Shown one piece after another: positions 53,901 through 64,000 of a stretch of 64,000 bases of DNA. Positions within the stretch are counted from its first letter, which is position 1, and each line of letters opens with the position of its first letter. Made by a program: the position numbers and the translations under genes. The DNA comes from the human T2T-CHM13v2.0 reference genome, Homo sapiens, in NCBI GenBank assembly GCA_009914755.4, contig CP086569.2:10528001-10592000 (forward strand), given 5' to 3'. The notes below the pieces were generated by a model that had not been told where the DNA came from, did not search any database, and saw only the letters and a program-made list of their open reading frames with translations.

Positions 53901-56714
53901 AAATATCCACTTGCAGATTCTACAAAAAGAGATTTTCAAAACTAGTCAATCAAAAGAAAGGTTCAACTCTGTCAGTTGAATGCACATATCACAAACAAGT
54001 TTCTCGGAATGCGTCTGTGTAGTTTTTATGTGAAGATATTTCCTTCTCCACAACAGGCCTCAAAGTGCTCCGAATATCCACTTGCAGATTTTACTAAAGA
54101 GTGTTTCCAAACTGCTCAATCAAGAGGAAGTTTCAAGTCTGTGAGCTGAACGCACACATCACAAAGTAGTTTCTGAGAATGCTTCTGTGTAGTTTTTATG
54201 TGAAGATGTTTCCTTTTCCACCATAGGCTGCAAAGGGCTCCAAATATCCACTTGCAGATTCTACAAAAAGAGAGTTTCAAAAGTGCTCTATCAAAAGATA
54301 GGTTCAACTATGTGATATGAATGCACACATCACAAAGTAGTTTCTCAGAATGCTTCTGTGTAGTTTTTATGTAAAGATATTTCCTTTTCCACCATAGGCC
54401 TCAAAGCACTCCAAATATCCACTTGCAGATTCTACAAAAAGAGATTTTCAAAACTATTTAATCAAAAGAAAGGTTCAAATCTGTCAGTTGAAGGTACATA
54501 TCACAAACAAGTTTATTGGAATGCTTCTGTGTAGTTTTTATGTGAAGATATTTCCTTTTCCACAACAGGCCTCCAGGTGCTCCAAATATCCACTTGCAGA
54601 TTTCACTAAAAGTGTGTTTCCAAGCTGCTCAATCAAGAGGAAGTTTCAAGTCTGTGAGGTGAATGCACACATTACAAAGAAGTTACTGAGAATGCTTCTG
54701 TGTAGTTTTTATGTGAAGATATTTCCTTTTCCACCGCAGGCCTCAAAGCGCTGCAAATATCCACTTGCAGATTCTACAAAAAGAGAGTTTCAAAACTGCT
54801 GTATCAAAAGATAGGGTCAACTCTGCGAGTTGAATAAACACATCACAAATAAGTTTCTGGGAACGCTTCTGTATAGTTTTATGTGAATATATTTCCTTTT
54901 CCACCATATGCCTCAAAGCACTCCAAATATCCACTTGCACATTATAGAAACATAGTCTTTCAAAACTTGTCAATCAAAGAAAGGTTCAACTCCGTGAGAT
55001 GAGTGCACACATCACAGAGAAGTTTCTCGGAATGTTTCTGTGTAGTTTTTATGTGAAGATATTGCCTTTTCCACAATAGGCCTCAAAGCGTTCCAAATAT
55101 CCAATTGCAGATTCCACAAAAAAAGTTTTTTAAAACTGCTCAATCAAATGATAGATTAAACTCTGTGAGATTAGTGCACACATGTCAAAAAAGTTTCTCA
55201 GAATGCTTCTGTGTACTTTTTAGGGGAAGATATTTCCTTTTCCACCATCGGCCACAAAGGACTCCAAATAACCACATGCAGATTCTAGTAACACAGAGTT
55301 TCAAAACTGCTCTATCAAAAGATAAGTTCAACTCTGAGAGTTTAGTGCAACCATCGTGAAGAAGTTTCTCAGAATGCTTCTGAGTAGTGTTTATGTGAAG
55401 ATATTTCCTTTTCCACCATAGGCCTGAAAGCCCTCCAAATATCCACTTGCAGATCCTACAAAAAGAAAGTTTCGAAATGCTCTCTCAAACGATAGTTTCG
55501 ACTCTGTGGTATGAATACACACATCACAAAGAAGTTTCTCAGAATGCTTCTGTGTAGTTTTTAAATGAAGATATTTCTTTTTCCACCATAGGCCTCAAAG
55601 CACTCCAAATATGCACTTCCAGATTCTACAAAAAGAGTGTTTCAGAACTGCTCAATCAAAAGGAAGGTTCCAGTCTGAGACAAATACACACATCAAAAGG
55701 TAGTTTCTCAGAATGCTTCTGTGTAGTTTTTATGTGAAGATATTTTCCTTTCCACCATAGGCCACAAATGGCTCTAAATACCCACTTACATTTTCCACAA
55801 AAAGAGAGTTTCAAAACTGCTCTACCAAAGGTAAGTTTAACGCTGTGAGTTAAGAACATCACAAAGAAGTTTCTCAGAATGCTTCTGTGTAGTTCTTACG
55901 TAAAGATATTTCCTTTTACACAATAGGCAGAAAAGTGCTCCAAATATCCACTTGAAGATTCTACAAAAACCGTGTTTCAAAACTGCCGAATCAAAAGAAA
56001 GGTTCAACTCTGTGAGATGAATGCACACATAACAAAGGAGTTTCTCAGAATGCTTCTGTGTAGCTTTTATATGAAGACATTTAGTTTTCCACAACAGGCC
56101 TCAAAGCTCTCTCCATATCCACTTGCAGATTCTACCGAAAGAGTGCTTCCAAACTGCTCAATCAAAAGAGACATTCAAATCTGTGAGGTGAATGCAGACA
56201 TCGTAAAGAAGTTTCTCAGAATGCTTCTGTGTATTTTTTGTGTGAAGTTATTCGTTTTTGCACCATAGGCCTCCAAGCGTTCTAAATATCCACTTCTAGA
56301 TTCTACAAAAAGAGAGTTTCAAAACTACTCAAACAAAAGGTTCAATTCTGTGAGTTGAAAGCAAACATCACAAAGAAGTTTCTCAGAATGCGTCTGTGTA
56401 GTTTTGATGTGAAGATATTTCCTTTTCACAGTAGAATGCAAAGGGCTCCAAATATCCACTTGGAGATTCTACAAAAAGAGTTTCAAAACCGCTCTGTCAA
56501 ATGATAGGTTGAACTCCCGGAGGTGAATACACACATCACAAAGAGGTTTCTCAGCATGCTTCTGTGTAGTTTTTATGTAAACATATTTCCGTTTCTATCA
56601 TAGGCCTCAAAGTGCTCCAAATATTCACTTGTACATTCTACCAAACGAGTATTTCAAAACTGCTCAATCAAATGGAAGGTTCAAAACCGTGACATGAATG
56701 CCCACATCACAAAG
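50930..56714. repeat. HOR copy 3 (5785 bp).
   Basis: Exact 5785-bp offset. Differs from copy 2 by a handful of single-base substitutions (for example ~53230, ~53694). Confidence 0.9.
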
Positions 56715-59700
56715 TAGTTTCTCAGAATGCTTCTGTGTAGTTTTTATGTGAAGATATTTCCTTTTCCACAACAGCGTGCAAAACGCTTCAAATATGCCCT
56801 TAGAGATTCCACAAAAAGAGTGTTTCCAAACTACTCAAATCAAAAAATGATTTCAACTCTGTGAGATGAATGCACACATCACAAACTAGTTTCTCAGAAT
56901 GTTTCTGCCTGGTTCTCATGCGAAGATAGTTCCTTTTTCACCATAGGCCGCAATGTACTCCAAATATCCACCTGCAGATTCTACAAAAGTGAGTTTCAAA
57001 ACTGCTCTATCAAAAGATCAGTTCGTCTCTGTGAGTTGAATGCATACATCAAAAAGAAGCTTCTCAAAATGCTTCTGTGTGGTTTTTCGGTGAAGATAGT
57101 TCTTTTTCTACCATAGGTCTCAAACCACTCCAAATATCCACTTGTAGATTCTATAAAAAGGAATGTTCAAAATTGCTCAATAAAAATAAAGTTTCAACAC
57201 CGTGAGATGAGTGCACAAATCACAAAGGAGTTTCTCAAAATGCTTCTGGGTAGTTTTTCTGTGAAGATAGTTCCTTTTCTACCATGGGCCACAAAGGGCT
57301 CCAAATACCCACTTGCAGATTCTACAAAAAGAGAGTTTCACAACTGCTCTATCAAACAATATGTTCAACTTTGTGGGTTGAACACAAATATCACAAGAAT
57401 TTTCTCCCAATGCTTCTGTGTAGTTTTTATGTGAAGACATTTCTTTTCCCTCCATAGTCCACAAAGTGCTCCAAATATCCACTTACATATTCTAGAAAAA
57501 GATTGCTTGGAAACTGCACAATGAAAAGAAAGGTTCAAATATATGAGATGAATGCACACATCACAAAGAAGTTTCTCAGAATCTCTCTGTGTAATTTTTA
57601 TGTGAAGATATTTCCTTTCCCACCTTAGGTCTTAAAACGCTCCAAATATCCACTTGCAGATACTACAAGAAGATTGTTTCAAAACTGCACAAAAAAAGAA
57701 ATGTTCAATTCTGTTTGATGAATGCACACATCACAAAGAAGTTTCTCAGAATGCTTCTCTGTAGTTTTTATGTGAAGATATTTCCTTTTCCACAATAGGC
57801 CTCAAAGGGCTCCAAATATCCACTTCCAGATTCTATGAAAAGAATATTTCCAAACTGCTCAATCATAGGAAATGTTCAACTCTGTGAGATGAATGCACAC
57901 ATCACAAGAAATTTCTCAGAATCCTTCAGTGTAGGTTTTATGAGAAGATAATTCCTTTTCCACAATAGTTCTCAAAGCACTCAAAATATCCACTTGCAGA
58001 TTCTACAAAAGGAGTATTTCAAAACTGCTCAATCAAAAGAAAGGTTCAACTCTGTGAGATGAATGGACACATCACAAAGAAGTTTCTCAGAATGCTTCTG
58101 TGTAGTATTTTTGTGAAGATATTTCTTTTCCACCATAGACCGCCAGGGGACACAAATATCCACTTTCAGATTCTACAACAAGAGAGGTTCAAAACTACTC
58201 GATCAAGAGATGGTTTCAACTATGTGAGTTGAATGCACACATCACAAAGAACTATGTCGGAATTCTTCTGTGTAGTTTTTATGTGAAGATATTTCCTTTT
58301 CCACAATAGACGTCAAAGTGATCCAGATATCCACTTGCAGATTCCACAAAAAGAGTGTTTCAAAAGTGCACAACCAAAAGAAAGGTTCAACTAGGTGAGA
58401 TGAATGCACACATCAGAAGGAAGTTTCTCAGAATGCTTCTGCATAGCTTTTAAGGGAAGATACTTCCTTTTCCAACATAGGCCTCAAAGCACTCCAAATA
58501 TCCTCCTGGAGATACCACAAAAAGAGTGTTTGCAAACTGCTCAATCAAAAGAAAGATTTAACTCTGTGAGATGAATCCACACATGACAAAGAAGTTTCTC
58601 AGAATGCTTCTGTGTAGTTTTTATGTGAAGATATTTCCTTTTCCACAATAAGACCCAAAAGGCTCCAAATATTCACTTGCAGATTCTAAAAAAAACAGTG
58701 TTTCAAAACTGCTCAATCAAAAGATAGTTCAACTCTGTGAGAAGAATGCTCACATCACTGAGAAGTTTCTCAGAATGCTTCTGTGTAGTTTTTATATGAA
58801 GATATTTCCTTTCCCACCGTAGGCCACAAAAGGCTTCAAATATCCACTTGCAGATACTATGAAAAGAGAGTTTCAAAACTGCTCATTCAAAAGATAGGTT
58901 CAACTCTGTGGTTTGAATGCACACAGCACAAAGAAGTTTCACAGAATGTGTCTGTGTAGTTTTTATGTGCGGATGTTTCCTTTTCCACCATATGCCTAAA
59001 TATTTCCCAATTTCCACTTGCAGATTCCACAAGAAGAGTGTTTCAAAACTGCTGTATCAAATAAAGTTGAACTCTGTGAGGTGAATGCACACAGCACAAA
59101 ATGGTTTCTCAGAATGCTTCCTTGTTGTTTTTATATGAAGATGTTTCCTTTTCAACAATAGGCCTCAAAGTGCTTCAAATGTCCACTTGCAGATTCTACA
59201 AAAAGAGTGTTTCAAAACTGCTCAATCAAAAGAAAGGTTCGACTCTGGGAAATTAATGCACACATCACAAAGAAGTTTCTCAGCTTCTGTGTAGTTTTCA
59301 TGTGAAGTTATTTCCTTTTCCACAATAGGCCGCAAAGGGCTCCAAATATCAACTTACAGATTCTAGGAAAAGAGAGTTTCAAAACTGCTCTACGAAAAGA
59401 TAGGTTGAACTCTGTGAGATGAATGCACACATCACAAAGAAGTTTCTCAGAATGCATCTGTGTAGTTTTTACGGGAAGATATTTCCTTTTCCACCATCTT
59501 CCACAGAGGTCTCCAAGTAACCACTTGCAGATTCTACAGAAAGACACTTTAAAAACTGCTCTATCAAAAGATCAGTTCAAGTCTGTGGTTTGAATGCACA
59601 CATCACAAAGAATTTTCTCAGAATGCTTCTGTGTAGTTTTCATATGAAGATATTTCCTTTTCCACCATAGGCCTCAAAGCACTCCAAATATCCACTTGCA

Positions 59701-62499
59701 GATTCTACAAAAAGAGATTTTCAAAACTAGTCAATCAAAAGAAAGGTTCAACTCTGTCAGTTGAATGCACATATCACAAACAAGTTTCTCGGAATGCGTC
59801 TGTGTAGTTTTTATGTGAAGATATTTCCTTCTCCACAACAGGCCTCAAAGTGCTCCGAATATCCACTTGCAGATTTTACTAAAGAGTGTTTCCAAACTGC
59901 TCAATCAAGAGGAAGTTTCAAGTCTGTGAGCTGAACGCACACATCACAAAGTAGTTTCTGAGAATGCTTCTGTGTAGTTTTTATGTGAAGATGTTTCCTT
60001 TTCCACCATAGGCTGCAAAGGGCTCCAAATATCCACTTGCAGATTCTACAAAAAGAGAGTTTCAAAAGTGCTCTATCAAAAGATAGGTTCAACTATGTGA
60101 TATGAATGCACACATCACAAAGTAGTTTCTCAGAATGCTTCTGTGTAGTTTTTATGTAAAGATATTTCCTTTTCCACCATAGGCCTCAAAGCACTCCAAA
60201 TATCCACTTGCAGATTCTACAAAAAGAGATTTTCAAAACTATTTAATCAAAAGAAAGGTTCAAATCTGTCAGTTGAAGGTACATATCACAAACAAGTTTA
60301 TTGGAATGCTTCTGTGTAGTTTTTATGTGAAGATATTTCCTTTTCCACAACAGGCCTCAAGGTGCTCCAAATATCCACTTGCAGATTTCACTAAAAGTGT
60401 GTTTCCAAGCTGCTCAATCAAGAGGAAGTTTCAAGTCTGTGAGGTGAATGCACACATTACAAAGAAGTTACTGAGAATGCTTCTGTGTAGTTTTTATGTG
60501 AAGATATTTCCTTTTCCACCGCAGGCCTCAAAGCGCTGCAAATATCCACTTGCAGATTCTACAAAAAGAGAGTTTCAAAACTGCTGTATCAAAAGATAGG
60601 GTCAACTCTGCGAGTTGAATAAGCACATCACAAATAAGTTTCTGGGAACGCTTCTGTATAGTTTTATGTGAATATATTTCCTTTTCCACCATATGCCTCA
60701 AAGCACTCCAAATATCCACTTGCACATTATAGAAACATAGTCTTTCAAAACTTGTCAATCAAAGAAAGGTTCAACTCCGTGAGATGAGTGCACACATCAC
60801 AGAGAAGTTTCTCGGAATGTTTCTGTGTAGTTTTTATGTGAAGATATTGCCTTTTCCACAATAGGCCTCAAAGCGTTCCAAATATCCAATTGCAGATTCC
60901 ACAAAAAAAGTTTTTTAAAACTGCTCAATCAAATGATAGATTAAACTCTGTGAGATTAGTGCACACATGTCAAAAAAGTTTCTCAGAATGCTTCTGTGTA
61001 CTTTTTAGGGGAAGATATTTCCTTTTCCACCATCGGCCACAAAGGACTCCAAATAACCACATGCAGATTCTAGTAACACAGAGTTTCAAAACTGCTCTAT
61101 CAAAAGATAAGTTCAACTCTGAGAGTTTAGTGCAACCATCGTGAAGAAGTTTCTCAGAATGCTTCTGAGTAGTGTTTATGTGAAGATATTTCCTTTTCCA
61201 CCATAGGCCTGAAAGCCCTCCAAATATCCACTTGCAGATCCTACAAAAAGAAAGTTTCGAAATGCTCTCTCAAACGATAGTTTCGACTCTGTGGTATGAA
61301 TACACACATCACAAAGAAGTTTCTCAGAATGCTTCTGTGTAGTTTTTAAATGAAGATATTTCTTTTTCCACCATAGGCCTCAAAGCACTCCAAATATGCA
61401 CTTCCAGATTCTACAAAAAGAGTGTTTCAGAACTGCTCAATCAAAAGGAAGGTTCCAGTCTGAGACAAATACACACATCAAAAGGTAGTTTCTCAGAATG
61501 CTTCTGTGTAGTTTTTATGTGAAGATATTTTCCTTTCCACCATAGGCCACAAATGGCTCTAAATACCCACTTACATTTTCCACAAAAAGAGAGTTTCAAA
61601 ACTGCTCTACCAAAGGTAAGTTTAACGCTGTGAGTTAAGAACATCACAAAGAAGTTTCTCAGAATGCTTCTGTGTAGTTCTTACGTAAAGATATTTCCTT
61701 TTACACAATAGGCAGAAAAGTGCTCCAAATATCCACTTGAAGATTCTACAGAAACCGTGTTTCAAAACTGCCGAATCAAAAGAAAGGTTCAACTCTGTGA
61801 GATGAATGCACACATAACAAAGGAGTTTCTCAGAATGCTTCTGTGTAGCTTTTATATGAAGACATTTAGTTTTCCACAACAGGCCTCAAAGCTCTCTCCA
61901 TATCCACTTGCAGATTCTACCGAAAGAGTGCTTCCAAACTGCTCAATCAAAAGAGACATTCAAATCTGTGAGGTGAATGCAGACATCGTAAAGAAGTTTC
62001 TCAGAATGCTTCTGTGTATTTTTTGTGTGAAGTTATTCGTTTTTGCACCATAGGCCTCCAAGCGTTCTAAATATCCACTTCTAGATTCTACAAAAAGAGA
62101 GTTTCAAAACTACTCAAACAAAAGGTTCAATTCTGTGAGTTGAAAGCAAACATCACAAAGAAGTTTCTCAGAATGCGTCTGTGTAGTTTTGATGTGAAGA
62201 TATTTCCTTTTCACAGTAGAATGCAAAGGGCTCCAAATATCCACTTGGAGATTCTACAAAAAGAGTTTCAAAACCGCTCTGTCAAATGATAGGTTGAACT
62301 CCCGGAGGTGAATACACACATCACAAAGAGGTTTCTCAGCATGCTTCTGTGTAGTTTTTATGTAAACATATTTCCGTTTCTATCATAGGCCTCAAAGTGC
62401 TCCAAATATTCACTTGTACATTCTACCAAACGAGTATTTCAAAACTGCTCAATCAAATGGAAGGTTCAAAACCGTGACATGAATGCCCACATCACAAAG
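56715..62499. repeat. HOR copy 4 (5785 bp).
   Basis: Exact 5785-bp offset. Substitutions occur at, for example, ~58828, ~59510, ~60621 and ~61745. Confidence 0.9.
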
Positions 62500-64000
62500 T
62501 AGTTTCTCAGAATGCTTCTGTGTAGTTTTTATGTGAAGATATTTCCTTTTCCACAACAGCGTGCAAAACGCTTCAAATATGCCCTTAGAGATTCCACAAA
62601 AAGAGTGTTTCCAAACTACTCAAATCAAAAAATGATTTCAACTCTGTGAGATGAATGCACACATCACAAACTAGTTTCTCAGAATGTTTCTGCCTGGTTC
62701 TCATGCGAAGATAGTTCCTTTTTCACCATAGGCCGCAATGTACTCCAAATATCCACCTGCAGATTCTACAAAAGTGAGTTTCAAAACTGCTCTATCAAAA
62801 GATCAGTTCGTCTCTGTGAGTTGAATGCATACATCAAAAAGAAGCTTCTCAAAATGCTTCTGTGTGGTTTTTCGGTGAAGATAGTTCTTTTTCTACCATA
62901 GGTCTCAAACCACTCCAAATATCCACTTGTAGATTCTATAAAAAGGAATGTTCAAAATTGCTCAATAAAAATAAAGTTTCAACACCGTGAGATGAGTGCA
63001 CAAATCACAAAGGAGTTTCTCAAAATGCTTCTGGGTAGTTTTTCTGTGAAGATAGTTCCTTTTCTACCATGGGCCACAAAGGGCTCCAAATACCCACTTG
63101 CAGATTCTACAAAAAGAGAGTTTCACAACTGCTCTATCAAACAATATGTTCAACTTTGTGGGTTGAACACAAATATCACAAGAATTTTCTCCCAATGCTT
63201 CTGTGTAGTTTTTATGTGAAGACATTTCTTTTCCCTCCATAGTCCACAAAGTGCTCCAAATATCCACTTACATATTCTAGAAAAAGATTGCTTGGAAACT
63301 GCACAATGAAAAGAAAGGTTCAAATATATGAGATGAATGCACACATCACAAAGAAGTTTCTCAGAATCTCTCTGTGTAATTTTTATGTGAAGATATTTCC
63401 TTTCCCACCTTAGGTCTTAAAACGCTCCAAATATCCACTTGCAGATACTACAAGAAGATTGTTTCAAAACTGCACAAAAAAAGAAATGTTCAATTCTGTT
63501 TGATGAATGCACACATCACAAAGAAGTTTCTCAGAATGCTTCTCTGTAGTTTTTATGTGAAGATATTTCCTTTTCCACAATAGGCCTCAAAGGGCTCCAA
63601 ATATCCACTTCCAGATTCTATGAAAAGAATATTTCCAAACTGCTCAATCATAGGAAATGTTCAACTCTGTGAGATGAATGCACACATCACAAGAAATTTC
63701 TCAGAATCCTTCAGTGTAGGTTTTATGAGAAGATAATTCCTTTTCCACAATAGTTCTCAAAGCACTCAAAATATCCACTTGCAGATTCTACAAAAGGAGT
63801 ATTTCAAAACTGCTCAATCAAAAGAAAGGTTCAACTCTGTGAGATGAATGGACACATCACAAAGAAGTTTCTCAGAATGCTTCTGTGTAGTATTTTTGTG
63901 AAGATATTTCTTTTCCACCATAGACCGCCAGGGGACACAAATATCCACTTTCAGATTCTACAACAAGAGAGGTTCAAAACTACTCGATCAAGAGATGGTT
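62500..64000. repeat. HOR copy 5 (partial, truncated by the window end).
   Basis: Collinear with the first 1.5 kb of copies 2-4. Confidence 0.9.

Larger units (their letters stand above)
37655..64000. repeat. Homogenized alpha-satellite higher-order repeat (HOR) array. Unit 5785 bp (~34 monomers), ≥4.5 tandem copies at ~99.9% identity. The first copy is a 7490-bp (~44-monomer) variant. Size is consistent with the Y-centromere DYZ3 34-mer (inference).
   Basis: Identical six-frame ORFs recur at a fixed offset of 5785 bp (for example 45637/51422/57207/62992, 47738/53523/59308, 48331/54116/59901). The offset from the first copy is 7490 bp (38147→45637). Direct comparison of 37700-37870 with 45190-45360 shows identity. 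5785/171 ≈ 33.8. Confidence 0.93.

Overview
The window is eukaryotic, not prokaryotic. It is primate (human-type) centromeric/pericentromeric alpha-satellite DNA. Tandem ~171-bp monomers run end to end, interrupted by five LINE-1 (L1PA-type) retrotransposon copies or fragments. The last ~26 kb is a highly homogenized higher-order-repeat (HOR) array. The HOR period is exactly 5785 bp, about 34 monomers, and copies are ~99.9% identical. The first copy is a 7490-bp (~44-monomer) variant. This HOR size matches the Y-chromosome centromeric array DYZ3 (a 34-mer of ~5.7-5.8 kb); that assignment is an inference and needs alignment to a T2T reference. I found no protein-coding cellular genes, tRNA/rRNA genes, CRISPR arrays, operons or defence systems. 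The many 60-200 aa ORFs in the six-frame track are artefacts of the periodic satellite, or degraded L1 ORF1/ORF2 segments. Points worth a second look are: (i) the sharp transition from divergent monomeric satellite to the HOR array, with a 44-mer edge variant; (ii) a 5'-complete L1PA carrying a ~1-kb internal deletion that fuses ORF1 to ORF2 and removes the endonuclease region, flanked by a target-site duplication (TSD); (iii) two independent L1 insertions at the same position within the alpha monomer; (iv) a twin-primed (5'-inverted) L1 with a clear 15-bp TSD; and (v) a ~2.1-kb block of satellite in opposite strand orientation, bounded by an L1 fragment that lacks its 3' end and by a head-to-head junction. 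All coordinates are read by eye from the sequence and carry a few bp of uncertainty.
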